NCBI GenBank assembly: GCA_046540335.1
Contig: JBKHFH010000001.1
Coordinates: 8,045-72,044 of the forward strand
Origin: Thermoplasmata archaeon
GTDB taxonomy: Archaea > Thermoplasmatota > Thermoplasmata > Halarchaeoplasmatales > Halarchaeoplasmataceae
Length of the DNA stretch: 64,000 nucleotides
Reading direction: 5' to 3'
The first letter of the stretch is position 1; the number at the start of each line of letters is the position of its first letter. The translations under genes were made by a program, and so were the position numbers. The notes beneath the pieces are model-generated. The model was not told where the DNA came from and ran no database searches. It saw nothing but the letters and a program-made list of their open reading frames with translations. Of this stretch, positions 18,408 through 28,802 are shown piece after piece.

Positions 18408-18907
18408 GATAATTCCTCCAATCTAGATTTCACTTCATCAAATAATTCTGGTGTATCGTCATCGATGTGTTCACCTCTGATACGGCCCTCATCGGGTAGA
18501 ATGTCCGGATCGTGTGGGACGGAAATTCCTGCGTCTATCATCCCGTTGAGTGCGGAGAACAATTTTCCCCCTTTTTCAGGGTGGTTAAGACCGATGTCTA
18601 GGACCGCCTCGTCAATCCCTTTGTTCAAAGCTCTTTTTCCAGCTAAGTACCCGACGAGATAAGCGGCTGGCAGGTTAGATCCATGACCCTCCCATCCTTC
18701 TTCCATTATGTGCTCGCTGGAAGCGGATGCTTCTACTATATCTCCGTCTCTATCAAATCTGATGAACTGTACTGTGATATGCTTATTAGAAGGCCTAACT
18801 ACCGCTCTTACTTTGCCGGATTTGAGTAATTTCAATCTTTGTCTGTAATCTGTCTTGCCCTTTCTTCTCCTTTTGAGGGGCATCATGTATCTTGAACCTT
18901 CAGCCAT
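18404..18907 (-). CDS. rpl18: 50S ribosomal protein L18 (uL18)
   Basis: RRRKGKTDYRQRLKLL motif. Confidence 0.9.
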   Translation of the reverse strand: MAEGSRYMMPLKRRRKGKTDYRQRLKLLKSGKVRAVVRPSNKHITVQFIRFDRDGDIVEASASSEHIMEEGWEGHGSNLPAAYLVGYLAGKRALNKGIDEAVLDIGLNHPEKGGKLFSALNGMIDAGISVPHDPDILPDEGRIRGEHIDDDTPELFDEVKSRLEELS

Positions 18908-18909
18908 TT

Positions 18910-19392
18910 TTATTCACTTCCTTTGATCTCGTAATCTTCATCTATATAATCTTCCATCTTCAAGTGAAGGATCATATCTGCAGTATCCTCGAAAGCTCCA
19001 CCTTTCGATTTATTATAGAACTCCCGATAAGTCGATTTTTCTATAAGTCCCTCGTCTCGCAGCTTTTTCAGCTCTCTTCGCATAGACCGTATCCTTTTTT
19101 TCCAGCTGTCCTTGGAGTTTTCACGAGCATTTTTGGTCCCCTGTCTCTTACCGTAGCCCTTCCTTCTCCCCTTCTTTTTCTGTTCTTTCTTGTAGTTTAT
19201 CCTCCCGCGAGAATTGCCTTCCTTTGGCTTTTTCTTCATGACTCCTCTGTTTATCAACTCTCTCACTTCTTCACGGGTGATAGCTTCTATCACCTCGTCC
19301 AACATAGTGTCGTCTATCCAGACACGATCTTTACCGCAGTCGAGGATTTCTGCTGCCAACCTTTTTTGATATTTAACATCCATGATAATCAC
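18910..19392 (-). CDS. rpl19e: 50S ribosomal protein L19e (eL19)
   Basis: KRLAAEILDCGKDRVWIDD motif. Confidence 0.9.
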   Translation of the reverse strand: MIIMDVKYQKRLAAEILDCGKDRVWIDDTMLDEVIEAITREEVRELINRGVMKKKPKEGNSRGRINYKKEQKKKGRRKGYGKRQGTKNARENSKDSWKKRIRSMRRELKKLRDEGLIEKSTYREFYNKSKGGAFEDTADMILHLKMEDYIDEDYEIKGSE

Positions 19393-19393
19393 C

Positions 19394-19822
19394 TTATGAC
19401 GTTGGATTGAGGACTCTTATATCTTCATCCTCAGCTTTCTCTTCGATCTTCAATCTCTTTCTCATACCTACACTATGTGCGATTCTAACCGCCTGCTTGT
19501 CCGGATCGATATCTTCAAGATCATCCGTATTGTGAACAAGAACTTCTTCAAATCCAGAGGGATGAAGCCCTCTTACTTTTTTCGGTGAGCGGAAACCGAT
19601 CCTCACGTTGGAAGGTCTGTATTTCTTGTTCTGCCTTGCCTTAGAGTGTAGTCCTCGGGGTTTTCTCCAAGTATCTTTATCTAACTTGGCTCTGTAGAAC
19701 CATTCCTGATGATTGAAACTGGGTCTTCTCTCTTTGATCTTCTTCCTTTTTTTCAACATATCCTGGGTCTCTTCGTCCAGTTCGGGTTTTTTCTTTACTT
19801 CGTAATCTTCATCATCTGTCAT
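19394..19822 (-). CDS. rpl32e: 50S ribosomal protein L32e (eL32)
   Basis: WRKPRGLHSKAR ... RIAHSVGMRKR motifs. Confidence 0.88.
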   Translation of the reverse strand: MTDDEDYEVKKKPELDEETQDMLKKRKKIKERRPSFNHQEWFYRAKLDKDTWRKPRGLHSKARQNKKYRPSNVRIGFRSPKKVRGLHPSGFEEVLVHNTDDLEDIDPDKQAVRIAHSVGMRKRLKIEEKAEDEDIRVLNPTS

Positions 19823-19840
19823 CTTTGATCACCTTTTAAT

Positions 19841-20389
19841 TCACACGGGTTTGCCGGCTTTTTCGGTAATGTATATACCGTCTTGGAAGACCCGTGGGTC
19901 CGCCTTTGAGATCTTAGTGGCGGATTCGATGTTCGCCGCTGTTTGAGCGACAGCCTCTTTATCGGGCCCTCGAACCGTAATTTCGTTTCCATCGACTTCA
20001 GCTTTGGTCGATCCAATGATGTTTGCTCTTCTAGGTTTGTTCTCCCCTACGAAATTTTTGATCACAAGCTGATCCTGCTCAGGGGTGACTTCCATGGGAA
20101 AGTGGGAATATATGATTTTTAATTTGTAAACAAAGTCCTCTTGAGCACCTTTGATCATGTTCTCTATATGGGATTTAAAGGTCCCTAACTGGGCCTTCTC
20201 TTTCTTGCTCGGCGTTTCTACACTCAATACAACCTCGTCATCCTTTGCCTCTATCTTGATCGTTGGATGAGAGAAATTCTTAACTACTTTGCCGTTCTCT
20301 CCAGATACTTTCAACTCATCCTTGTCCATCTCGACCGAAACGTTCTCCGGCACCTCTACTTTTTCTTCCGAAATCAGTTCAACTGGCAT
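19841..20389 (-). CDS. rpl6: 50S ribosomal protein L6 (uL6)
   Basis: Two-domain L6 sequence. Position. Confidence 0.88.
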   Translation of the reverse strand: MPVELISEEKVEVPENVSVEMDKDELKVSGENGKVVKNFSHPTIKIEAKDDEVVLSVETPSKKEKAQLGTFKSHIENMIKGAQEDFVYKLKIIYSHFPMEVTPEQDQLVIKNFVGENKPRRANIIGSTKAEVDGNEITVRGPDKEAVAQTAANIESATKISKADPRVFQDGIYITEKAGKPV

Positions 20390-20398
20390 GATAATCCC

Positions 20399-20788
20399 TC
20401 AGTAAACATAAGCCAATAACTTTCCTCCTGCTCCTTTGCCTTTGGCTTCAGAATGATCCATAACACCTCTATTGGTGGTCAATATTAAGACACCAAATCC
20501 TTGAGCAGGAAGATATCTAGATTCATAATCTTCTATGTCAGCATTTTTGACGGACCATCTGGGTTTGATTACTTTACACTCATTGATGTTGCCATTCAGG
20601 ATAACGTTGTAAGTGCCCCCTCTTCCATCTTCATCGTATTCAAATCTCTCAAGATACCCGTTCTCCTGCATAACTCTGAGCACGCGCCCGATGAGTTTAG
20701 ACGCAGGTTTGATCTCACATTCTAACTTTCCGTTTTCTTCCGCATTGTTTATCTTTGATAACGCGTCATTCAATGGGTCATGTTTCAT
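20399..20788 (-). CDS. rps8: 30S ribosomal protein S8 (uS8)
   Basis: MKHDPLNDALSKINNAE... S8. Confidence 0.9.
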   Translation of the reverse strand: MKHDPLNDALSKINNAEENGKLECEIKPASKLIGRVLRVMQENGYLERFEYDEDGRGGTYNVILNGNINECKVIKPRWSVKNADIEDYESRYLPAQGFGVLILTTNRGVMDHSEAKGKGAGGKLLAYVY

Positions 20789-20799
20789 TTTTCTTCACC

Positions 20800-20964
20800 T
20801 CACGAGTGCTTCTTAAAACCTAGATCTTCTGCGATTTCTCTGAAGCATTGTCTACAGACGTGGAGACCATATCTTCTGATTATCCCACGCTTCCGGCCGC
20901 AGCGTCTGCAGCCCTCTTTCCTACCATAATCTTTATCTGGTTTTAGACCTTCTTCTTCGCTCAT
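20800..20964 (-). CDS. rps14: 30S ribosomal protein S14 (uS14, zinc-binding type), 54 aa. Not in the ORF track
   Basis: Hand translation: [54 protein letters not shown] (CxxC...CxxC). Sits in the gap between L5 and S8. Confidence 0.8.
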   Translation of the reverse strand: MSEEEGLKPDKDYGRKEGCRRCGRKRGIIRRYGLHVCRQCFREIAEDLGFKKHS

Positions 20965-21482
20965 CCTTCATACACCTCCAGATCGAAAGCGTTCTCCATG
21001 AATTCTACAGCCTCTTCTTTGGCCATCCTGTGTTCTTCGGGGATACTTTTTGGCTGTTTCCTCCGATGTTTCACACGCTGACCGTTTCTACCGATCTCTA
21101 CGGAGATATCCATTCCGAACACTCCAATCTCAGGATCGTAGGCGGCCTCTTCAAAATCAGTATAATCGTTTATACCGAAGTTGAGATTTCCGTGATCGTC
21201 AAAACTGTTCAAAGGTAGCTGATTTTCCTTCACCCAGAAGGCTTTCTTCAGAAAGTCATAAGCTCTTTTTTTACGAAGAGTAACCTTACATCCTATAGGC
21301 TGACCTTCTCTTATACCGAATTCTGCATTCGTCGTCTTAGCAGTAGTCTCTATCGGTTGTTGACCAGTCAACATCTCTAACACGTTGAAGGCCTTCCTGA
21401 GTTTTTCGCCACCTTCACCGACGCCTATATTGATCACGCATTTGATCAACCGTGGTTTTCTCATTGGATTGTCATAATTCAT
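20961..21482 (-). CDS. rpl5: 50S ribosomal protein L5 (uL5)
   Basis: [16 protein letters not shown] motif. Confidence 0.9.
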   Translation of the reverse strand: MNYDNPMRKPRLIKCVINIGVGEGGEKLRKAFNVLEMLTGQQPIETTAKTTNAEFGIREGQPIGCKVTLRKKRAYDFLKKAFWVKENQLPLNSFDDHGNLNFGINDYTDFEEAAYDPEIGVFGMDISVEIGRNGQRVKHRRKQPKSIPEEHRMAKEEAVEFMENAFDLEVYEG

Positions 21483-22195
21483 ATGATACCCACCTCAGGT
21501 ATCTCGATTATCGGTTTGTCCTCTCCGATGATGAACACATAATCTTCCACGGTAGTGATATCAGATTCAAAACGTACAAAATTTGGCTGTGGACCTTTTA
21601 CTATCTCGTATTCCTCTATCGTATCCAATTCACCGATGTGATCTCCTCCTGTGATCAAAGCCATCTTTCTTTCGCTGAATTCGTAAGAATCGAGTATCTT
21701 CCGATTGGGCAACTGCAGTTTCAGTACGTCTTTGGTATTGTATTTCTTTCCGTTCTCCAGCCTCAAATTGGTACCGTCGTGAAGATTATATTGAGTGATC
21801 CCTCCTTTCAAAGTCTTTTTATCGTCTATCTTCAGGAGTTTCCATTCAGCTTGACTCTTATCGATCGGTAACAATCTGAACTCGCCTTTCTGGTCGAAAA
21901 GTACTCTATAATGCTCAGATAGAGATGGCAAAGAAATAACGTCCATTAAACCGACAGGTCTATTTTTGTCGGTTACCACCTTGCCGTCGAGCTCTACTTT
22001 CCTCTCAGCCAATATACTTTCTGCTTCCTTAGAGGTCTCGGTGTAACTAAGGATGTCCCTGAGCACAACTATGAGAGGAATACTCCTCCCTGTTGAATGT
22101 GGACCGGGACTCGGTGTAGGGGCCCAAAATGATTCTTTTGTAGGTATCCCCCACTTTTTTGTAGGTGCATTATAACGCTTGTTATGTCGGCTCAT
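21479..22195 (-). CDS. rps4e: 30S ribosomal protein S4e (eS4)
   Basis: MSRHNKRYNAPTKKWGIPTKE... S4e. Confidence 0.9.
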   Translation of the reverse strand: MSRHNKRYNAPTKKWGIPTKESFWAPTPSPGPHSTGRSIPLIVVLRDILSYTETSKEAESILAERKVELDGKVVTDKNRPVGLMDVISLPSLSEHYRVLFDQKGEFRLLPIDKSQAEWKLLKIDDKKTLKGGITQYNLHDGTNLRLENGKKYNTKDVLKLQLPNRKILDSYEFSERKMALITGGDHIGELDTIEEYEIVKGPQPNFVRFESDITTVEDYVFIIGEDKPIIEIPEVGII

Positions 22196-22569
22196 TCATT
22201 ATCCTCCTCTTTTATACCTTCAAGTTTTTCTCTTCTCCACGGATCGGAAAGATCTAGATCGGTGATCTTAAGATTTGAAGGGTGAACTCCGAAAGGTTCC
22301 TTGGATTCATCCGCCTTTTCTACGACCACGTCTTCTATGAAAACCTTTTCATTCCTTCTATCGATTTCAGCTACTGTATCTATATGACCTTTGAAGCTGC
22401 CTCTCATAACCTCTACTTCGTCTCCTTCTATAACAGGAAGGCTGTTCGTTCCCCACCTCTCTTGAAGTTCCTGGGAAAGCATGGAAGACATCATCTTTCT
22501 TTTCCTATGTTTGGGAGCGTTCTCCCTTCTTTTTCTTTGCTTCCTTGTCTTTTCACTCATGTCATACAC
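22192..22569 (-). CDS. rpl24: 50S ribosomal protein L24 (uL24)
   Basis: KOW motif (IEGDEVEVMRGSFKGHIDTV). Confidence 0.88.
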   Translation of the reverse strand: MYDMSEKTRKQRKRRENAPKHRKRKMMSSMLSQELQERWGTNSLPVIEGDEVEVMRGSFKGHIDTVAEIDRRNEKVFIEDVVVEKADESKEPFGVHPSNLKITDLDLSDPWRREKLEGIKEEDNE

Positions 22570-22570
22570 C

Positions 22571-22969
22571 TCACATTATCATCGAGGCCGTCGCGCCAAC
22601 ACGCGGCCATCTCTCTGCAGCTTCTCGGGCTACAGGACCTTTTATTTCTGACCCCTTGGTCTCGCCGTCTTCCTGAGTGAGAACTACCGCATTATCTTCG
22701 AATTCGACCATCACTCCATCGGCTCTTCTAAAAGGCCGTTTCTGACGGACTATGACCGCTCTTGTGAGCTCTCTTTTCATTTCCGGTGTGCCTTTAACAA
22801 CTGAAACCACGACCTGATCTCCTATTCCGGCTCGAGGATATCGCCTGTGAACACCATGGTAATTCACCACGGAGACCACTCTTACTACTTTAGCCCCGGT
22901 ATTATCTATACATCGAAGTTCGCTTCCGACTGAAAGTCCCTTAGTTTGATTCCCGGCAACTCCTTTCAT
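22571..22969 (-). CDS. rpl14: 50S ribosomal protein L14 (uL14)
   Basis: LRCIDNTGAKVVRVVSV motif. Confidence 0.9.
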   Translation of the reverse strand: MKGVAGNQTKGLSVGSELRCIDNTGAKVVRVVSVVNYHGVHRRYPRAGIGDQVVVSVVKGTPEMKRELTRAVIVRQKRPFRRADGVMVEFEDNAVVLTQEDGETKGSEIKGPVAREAAERWPRVGATASMIM

Positions 22970-23307
22970 TCCCTCTCACCTTTTTCGATAACGACGTAAG
23001 AAATACTTTTACTGATAGGTCTGCACTCCATTATCTTGACTTCATCCCCTTCCTCAACATCGATACAAGGGGGAAGATAACTCGGATAATGGCTCTTCCT
23101 CTTCTCGTACCTTTCATATTTGGGAATATAGTTGAAATGATCCTTTCTTATTATTACGGATTTATCCATCTGGGTAGAATCGACGGTCCCCTGCATGACC
23201 CTTCCTCTAACCGAGAGTGTCCCATGGAAGGGACAATTGTCATCATCACAGCTCTTCTCAGGGGGCGTTACTTCTACTCCTATATCGCGCGCTTCGCTTT
23301 CTGCCAT
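22966..23307 (-). CDS. rps17: 30S ribosomal protein S17 (uS17)
   Basis: OB-fold S17 sequence. Position. Confidence 0.88.
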   Translation of the reverse strand: MAESEARDIGVEVTPPEKSCDDDNCPFHGTLSVRGRVMQGTVDSTQMDKSVIIRKDHFNYIPKYERYEKRKSHYPSYLPPCIDVEEGDEVKIMECRPISKSISYVVIEKGERE

Positions 23308-23314
23308 GATATCA

Positions 23315-23584
23315 TCAACCTAATTTCTTTATTCTATTTTCTGGACGATATGTGAGTTTGTTTCCATCCAAGACGTTCTCTCGTCCTGAGATGGTCAACT
23401 TGAAACGAGTACCATCTTTTGGTATCATCTTTTCAGTTCCCGCGTCTTCTATCACAAAAGTATTTTTTGTTTCATCGATCACTCTACCTTCGAGTCCGAC
23501 GGATCCAACATCAGTTGAATCGATAACTTCAAGGTCGGCCCCGATGAATTCAAAGGTATAAACTATATCTTTAGCCATTTTCAT
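23315..23584 (-). CDS. rnp1: RNase P protein component 1 (Rpp29/Pop4 homolog)
   Basis: Rpp29 fold motifs ([14 protein letters not shown]). Conserved archaeal position between SUI1 and S17. Confidence 0.75.
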   Translation of the reverse strand: MKMAKDIVYTFEFIGADLEVIDSTDVGSVGLEGRVIDETKNTFVIEDAGTEKMIPKDGTRFKLTISGRENVLDGNKLTYRPENRIKKLG

Positions 23585-23886
23585 CTGACCTCCACTGGAA
23601 ATCCTTTCTCTTCCAGATATTCCTTGACAGTATCTATGTGATCTCCCTGGAGTTCTATCCTTCCGTCTTTAGTCGTGCCTCCGGCTGCGCACTTTGTTTT
23701 CAATTCTGACGCCAGTTCACCGATATCTATATCGCTTGTGTCTATTCCATCTACGATAGTCACTTTTTTACCGTAACGTCTTTGGTCGGTAAATATCTCG
23801 ATCTCCTGTTGTTCTCTCGCGATGTCTTCACAGATACATATCTCTTTAGGCAACCCGCAAGTTGGACACACTTCTTCCGCCATCAA
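23581..23886 (-). CDS. Translation initiation factor SUI1 (aIF1/eIF1 family)
   Basis: SUI1 motifs ([32 protein letters not shown]). Conserved position after L29. Confidence 0.8.
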   Translation of the reverse strand: MMAEEVCPTCGLPKEICICEDIAREQQEIEIFTDQRRYGKKVTIVDGIDTSDIDIGELASELKTKCAAGGTTKDGRIELQGDHIDTVKEYLEEKGFPVEVR

Positions 23887-24104
23887 TTTCCTCCTTTTGA
23901 TTCATTATTTTCTTCTTCATTCATTACGGTCATAATCCTAGCGATATTTTTCTTTATAGCCCTGATCCTACCAGGACTCTCAGGGGCTCCTCCCATAGCT
24001 GCGACCCCTTGTTCATGGAGCAATTCATCTCTCAATTCATAAAGCTTTTCTTCTCTCTCTTCGGCATCCATATCTCTTATATCTTCAGTTTTCAGGAGTG
24101 GCAT
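23883..24104 (-). CDS. rpl29: 50S ribosomal protein L29 (uL29). Probable start at the internal Met MPLLK rather than the ORF-track start 24176
   Basis: [15 protein letters not shown] coiled L29 motif. The Met at 24104 abuts the S3 stop at 24106. Confidence 0.8.
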   Translation of the reverse strand: MPLLKTEDIRDMDAEEREEKLYELRDELLHEQGVAAMGGAPESPGRIRAIKKNIARIMTVMNEEENNESKGGN

Positions 24105-24105
24105 A

Positions 24106-24807
24106 TTATTCGACCTCCTCTTCAATTTCCATCTCTTCGACCTCTTCTGTCGTATCTTCTTCACTTTCTTCTTCAACTTCTTCTTTGACCTCTTCTTCCT
24201 CTATTTCACTCTTTGGAGGTATTATCTCTATCTCATCGGGCAGTTTTGCGTTCGGATCCATTATCTTAACCGTAACCCCTATAATACCGAGTTTCAACTT
24301 TGCCTGGGAGAAACCTTCGTCCATCCATTTCTTTCTCTCTTCCCCACAGTATTTGATATGGCCATCTTGGAACTTCTCGACACGATGCCTTGGACCGCTC
24401 ACTTTTCCTGAAAGTATCACTTGACACCCTTTCGCTCCCGCATCCACTATCTTTCTTACCGTAGAATGCCCCGCTCTCCTGAAGTACCAACCTCTTTCGA
24501 GCGAAGAGGCCAGCTTCTCAGCCATGATCTGGGCATTAAGTTGAGGTCTTTTGACTTCTTGGACTTCTATCTGTGGATTGTCGAAGTCAAATTTCTCTTT
24601 GATCTCTTCAGTTATTTCGCGTATCCTTTTCCCTTTTCTTCCGATCACTAGAGCAGGTCTCTCAGTGTAGAGCGTGATCCTAGTTCCCATGGGAGTCCTA
24701 GAGATATCAGCTCCACCATAACCCGCTCTTTCGGTCTTCTCTTGAAGGAATTCCTTCAGTATGACGCGGTCCATCTTCTCTTCTATAAACTTTCTTTCTC
24801 TGGCCAC
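24106..24807 (-). CDS. rps3: 30S ribosomal protein S3 (uS3) with acidic C-terminal tail
   Basis: KH domain (GRKGKRIREITEEIKEKF) and S3 C-domain. Confidence 0.9.
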   Translation of the reverse strand: MARERKFIEEKMDRVILKEFLQEKTERAGYGGADISRTPMGTRITLYTERPALVIGRKGKRIREITEEIKEKFDFDNPQIEVQEVKRPQLNAQIMAEKLASSLERGWYFRRAGHSTVRKIVDAGAKGCQVILSGKVSGPRHRVEKFQDGHIKYCGEERKKWMDEGFSQAKLKLGIIGVTVKIMDPNAKLPDEIEIIPPKSEIEEEEVKEEVEEESEEDTTEEVEEMEIEEEVE

Positions 24808-24809
24808 TA

Positions 24810-25256
24810 TTACGCCTCCTTTTCCTCCAAAATTATTTCCAAATTAGTCGTTTTGGTATCATGAGGTGTGCTCCTGCCCATAGCTCTAGGTCTGCGTCCC
24901 TCGATGGGACTGCCTTTATGAGCAGCCAACACTTTAATCCTCAAATTATCGATATCTAATCCTTTATCTTCAGCATTAGAACGGCACTCTTCTATCTTCT
25001 CTTTCATCTTTCTGCACACCTTTTTTGGATAGCCTCCGGAACCTACACCTTTCTGATGTGCCACCCTTTTATTATGTTTCCTATAGGGTACAGGCTTTTC
25101 CTCAGCGATCACTTTTTCTAATGTATCTATAGCATCATCAACATCTTTTCCTCTGAGCATATTGCAAACTTCCATCGATTCTTTAGGAGATATCTGAAGC
25201 TCACTACCGTATGCTTTAGCGGTCTTCTCTGGATCCGGGTCCATCGTGTATCCCAT
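24810..25256 (-). CDS. rpl22: 50S ribosomal protein L22 (uL22)
   Basis: L22 fold motifs. Position. Confidence 0.88.
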   Translation of the reverse strand: MGYTMDPDPEKTAKAYGSELQISPKESMEVCNMLRGKDVDDAIDTLEKVIAEEKPVPYRKHNKRVAHQKGVGSGGYPKKVCRKMKEKIEECRSNAEDKGLDIDNLRIKVLAAHKGSPIEGRRPRAMGRSTPHDTKTTNLEIILEEKEA

Positions 25257-25267
25257 ATCTTTTCACC

Positions 25268-25684
25268 TCACTTGAGTGGTATATATTTTGAAGAACGAGT
25301 TGCTCCTATACCTGGTCCTGAATGTTCGACATTCTTTCTAGTAAGAGCGAACTCTCCAAGATAATGACCTATCATCTCAGGCTCTATTTTAACGGACTTG
25401 AACTTTTCACCGTTATGCACGGCGAATTTTTTTCCGACAAATTCTGGCAGGATTATCATCTCTCGCCGATGTGTGCGGTAAACGTCTTTGTCTTTGTTCT
25501 CCACTTTTTCGAGTAGTCTTTTTTCCTCTTTATTGAGCCCTCTTTGGACTGTTCTTCTTGCTCTCGCAGGAAGGACTTCTTTAAGCTCATCTAGTGACAT
25601 ATCCTTGAGTTCTTCAAGGGTATGACCGCGATAAGTGAATTCGCGTTTATCCCGTGAGATTCTATTATCCGCCATAATCATCAC
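25268..25684 (-). CDS. rps19: 30S ribosomal protein S19 (uS19)
   Basis: [31 protein letters not shown]. Confidence 0.9.
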   Translation of the reverse strand: MMIMADNRISRDKREFTYRGHTLEELKDMSLDELKEVLPARARRTVQRGLNKEEKRLLEKVENKDKDVYRTHRREMIILPEFVGKKFAVHNGEKFKSVKIEPEMIGHYLGEFALTRKNVEHSGPGIGATRSSKYIPLK

Positions 25685-26406
25685 CTTTTTTCTTTCTTCT
25701 TTTTATCCTTCTTTTTCTTCTTCGACGATAGATTACCTACCTTTCTCCCAGGCGGAGCGTTAGAAGAGACTTTAGAAGGCACGCCAACATGCTGATGATC
25801 TCCTCCACCGTGAGGATGATCGACCGCGTTCATCGCGATACCTCTGACCTTCTGCGCTCTTTTCGCCTTGCTGCGAAGACCTTTAGCCTTTTTACCCACT
25901 TTGGCTATCGGCTGTTCCGTATGTCCTCCGCCCGCGACTATTCCAACTGTAGCTCTACATCTGTTATCTATACTTTTGAATTTACCAGAAGGTAATTTAA
26001 GTACGGTTTCTTTCCTATCTTGGGCGATCACTGTTGCGCTGGTCCCTGAACTTTTTACGAGTTTACCTCCATCTAGTGGTTCCACCTCTATATTGTATAC
26101 GAAAGTTCCGACTGGTATTTGACTCAACGGTAATACGTTACCTTTTTCTATTTTGGCTTCAGGACCGACCTGTATCTTCTCCCCTACCCATAGACCGTGA
26201 TTCGCTATCACAAAGGAGGTTTCGCCGTTTTCAAACTCGACTTCAGCTAAAGGAGCGGTCCTGCCTGGTGCATGATGTATATCTATGACTTCTCCTTCTG
26301 TCTCCTGGCTCTTCGGGTATCCCGGTTTTGCTAAATGCCTGTGACTTGGCGATTGATAGGTGGGAGATCCTTTGCCCCTTCTTTGTGGAATGATTCTTCT
26401 ACCCAT
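25681..26406 (-). CDS. rpl2: 50S ribosomal protein L2 (uL2)
   Basis: [17 protein letters not shown] ... HPHGGG motifs. Confidence 0.9.
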   Translation of the reverse strand: MGRRIIPQRRGKGSPTYQSPSHRHLAKPGYPKSQETEGEVIDIHHAPGRTAPLAEVEFENGETSFVIANHGLWVGEKIQVGPEAKIEKGNVLPLSQIPVGTFVYNIEVEPLDGGKLVKSSGTSATVIAQDRKETVLKLPSGKFKSIDNRCRATVGIVAGGGHTEQPIAKVGKKAKGLRSKAKRAQKVRGIAMNAVDHPHGGGDHQHVGVPSKVSSNAPPGRKVGNLSSKKKKKDKKKKEKR

Positions 26407-26408
26407 AT

Positions 26409-26687
26409 TTAGAACACCCCTATCCTCATTCCTATCTCTTCAGCTGAATATTCATCCGTGAATTTAACGATCGCTCTTTTACCGTTTTTATCGATCCTGG
26501 TATTGACGTTTTCTATTTCGGCGTCGAACAATTCTTCTGCCGCATCGGCTATTTGAGGTTTGTTCGCATCGAGGTCAACGATGAACTCCAGCTTGTTTTC
26601 TTCTTCCATTTCCATCATGGTCTTTTCAGTCACATAAGGATGGTATATTATATTATGTGGAGATTCGTATTCAGCCATTATTACCAA
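26409..26687 (-). CDS. rpl23: 50S ribosomal protein L23 (uL23)
   Basis: L23 sequence. Position between L4 and L2. Confidence 0.88.
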   Translation of the reverse strand: MVIMAEYESPHNIIYHPYVTEKTMMEMEEENKLEFIVDLDANKPQIADAAEELFDAEIENVNTRIDKNGKRAIVKFTDEYSAEEIGMRIGVF

Positions 26688-27448
26688 TCCTCCAATTCGT
26701 TGATTGCTCTAACACTGAATATAGCCAATCTTCCCATATCCCCACCGGGTGCGAGATCATCTATGGTGAGATTTTTTGGATTCTTTACATCGACACCTGG
26801 AAGATTGGAGAAAGCTCTTCTACCTTTCGCTCCTTCAGGAAGAACTATCAATAGGCTAGTAGGTCTCCTATATTTTCTATCTCTCATCTTTCCTCTACCG
26901 GATCTTATGTTTTTTCCTTTTTTCGCCCTCTTGACATCCTTATAGAGACCTAAATTTTCCAATAAATCGACGGCTTCATTCGTCTTTTCAAGATCTTCGA
27001 TCCCTTTTTCGACTATGATCGGGAATTCGAGTGAATCATCATCGATCTTATGCCCTCTTTCTTCAACTATTTCTCTCCGTGTCATTGCGGCGAGGGCTGA
27101 TCTCCTAGCTTTAGCTTTAGCTTGTCTGTTGATCTTCTTTCCCAGATCCTTCTCGGGTTTGGGAGGATGAGCTTTCCTTCCCCCTCTGGTTTGAGGGCTC
27201 TCTGCTCCTCGAGCCCCTCCATACTGGGTCAGTCTCTGAACTCTAGCCATGCCCTGACCGACCCCTTCCATCTCCGTAGCGTGCCTCATGCCCGCTTCGG
27301 GTGATGGACCATACGGCTGCTTTTCGTTCGCCTCAAATGCCTCGACAGCTCTCTTTATGATGTCGGGCCGCACTTCTTCCATGAAGCTTGAAGGTAATTC
27401 TAACTCACCTTTTGTTTCTCCTTCCAAATTATAAATATTTGCCTGCAT
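26681..27448 (-). CDS. rpl4: 50S ribosomal protein L4 (uL4)
   Basis: L4 sequence. Position. Confidence 0.88.
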   Translation of the reverse strand: MQANIYNLEGETKGELELPSSFMEEVRPDIIKRAVEAFEANEKQPYGPSPEAGMRHATEMEGVGQGMARVQRLTQYGGARGAESPQTRGGRKAHPPKPEKDLGKKINRQAKAKARRSALAAMTRREIVEERGHKIDDDSLEFPIIVEKGIEDLEKTNEAVDLLENLGLYKDVKRAKKGKNIRSGRGKMRDRKYRRPTSLLIVLPEGAKGRRAFSNLPGVDVKNPKNLTIDDLAPGGDMGRLAIFSVRAINELEDW

Positions 27449-27452
27449 TCAC

Positions 27453-28451
27453 TTAACCCCCTTGACTGGATTCGGTAGATATGTAGGTAAGGTTCGGTTC
27501 GTGCACTTCATATCTCTCATCTCTCACTCCATCTCTCATGACAACTAATCTCTTCGAAGGACCTGGTATTGATCCGTGGAGTATAACATATCCATTTTCG
27601 ATGACGCCATAATTTATGAAACCACCTTCAGGTGTTACTTCTTCACCATCCTCACCGACCTTCAAGACACGTTTATTGAACTCGGTCCTTTGGTGATATC
27701 CCATCTGACCGGCTTGAGGGACGGTAGGTCTTGTGTATCCTGGTCTGAAAACACCAGTATTACCCACATTTCTCACTGATTTACTATTCTTGTGCTGAAG
27801 AAGTTTCACACCCCATCTTTTAACATGACCCTGAAAACCTTTACCTTTAGTGACGGCTGAAACGTCTATCATCCGACCTGATTCACAAAATTCTTCATAT
27901 TCCACGTTTTCGCCCAAGATATCTTCACCTTTATCTATCCTTTCCTGTATGGTCCCGCCGCCGATTCTCAATTCCATCACGTGGGGCGTCTTGCTCTGTA
28001 TACCTGAGACTTTCTCGGGTTTTGTATTTATTATTGCTCTGACTTCATCCACGAGATCTCTATCGATTTTCTCCCACATCTCTTCGGTATCGTAATGGTC
28101 TGGGATGGGCAGTCTTCGCTCAAGGGTATTGTCCACCTCATTGGCCCATACTTCACCCATTGTTCTCAAACCTTCATGGGTTTCTTCATAAAATCGAAGG
28201 CCACTAACCCTGATAGGAGGTACTTCGACAACGGTGATCGGGATCCTAACTTCCTGTCCGGAAGTAGTACTCTCATTTCTGTAGTCTACCACAAAGGCGT
28301 GGCTCATACCTGCTTTATATCCAGGAAAACCCTGTATCTTGGGTTCCCCTTTCCATTCTGGCCATGACCTTATCTTTGGAACCATGCTTTTAGCGCGTTT
28401 TCGGGGCGAATATCCCATCGAACCTCTTCTTGGATGATGTGTTTCTACCAT
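27453..28451 (-). CDS. rpl3: 50S ribosomal protein L3 (uL3)
   Basis: MVETHHPRRGSMGYSPRKRA... L3. First gene of the cluster. Confidence 0.9.
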   Translation of the reverse strand: MVETHHPRRGSMGYSPRKRAKSMVPKIRSWPEWKGEPKIQGFPGYKAGMSHAFVVDYRNESTTSGQEVRIPITVVEVPPIRVSGLRFYEETHEGLRTMGEVWANEVDNTLERRLPIPDHYDTEEMWEKIDRDLVDEVRAIINTKPEKVSGIQSKTPHVMELRIGGGTIQERIDKGEDILGENVEYEEFCESGRMIDVSAVTKGKGFQGHVKRWGVKLLQHKNSKSVRNVGNTGVFRPGYTRPTVPQAGQMGYHQRTEFNKRVLKVGEDGEEVTPEGGFINYGVIENGYVILHGSIPGPSKRLVVMRDGVRDERYEVHEPNLTYISTESSQGG

Positions 28452-28802
28452 ACATACACCTCAGTCTAGCTGACTTTGCGTATTCTCAAGACTATTTCCA
28501 ATAATCCTCGAGCACAGCTCGGTGGACTTCAAGATAGGCGTCCTGAGGTCCATTGACCGTGACGTGTTCACATAGGGATCCTAACTGGATTGCCCTTTCA
28601 CGTCTGGTCAACAGACGATGTAATGGGTCATTACAGACCTTTTGTATTTAAATGTAACGGTAACCCCCCTTCTTTTAGGAGGATATAAAATGTCAGGCGG
28701 TTATCCGGATACAAACGGCAAAGATCAATCTACAAATAATCTTTCCGCCCTAAAGCTTGATGAAGACGTAACACAAAAACCAAAATAGCAGAAAATCTAT
28801 CC

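Noticed and set aside
18892-19410. 172-aa plus-strand ORF, along with many other 60-130-aa ORFs antisense to ribosomal-protein genes (for example 30528-31172, 26553-26945)
   Set aside because: They overlap strongly supported conserved genes on the opposite strand and have biased, Ser/Leu/Phe-rich composition typical of antisense frames.
19819-20016. 65-aa ORF between L32e and L6
   Set aside because: Lies entirely within the L6 gene in another frame.
28452-28690. Possible SRP RNA or RNase P RNA in the intergenic region after rpl3
   Set aside because: No recognisable conserved motifs by eye and the length is marginal. Left as a low-interest finding only.
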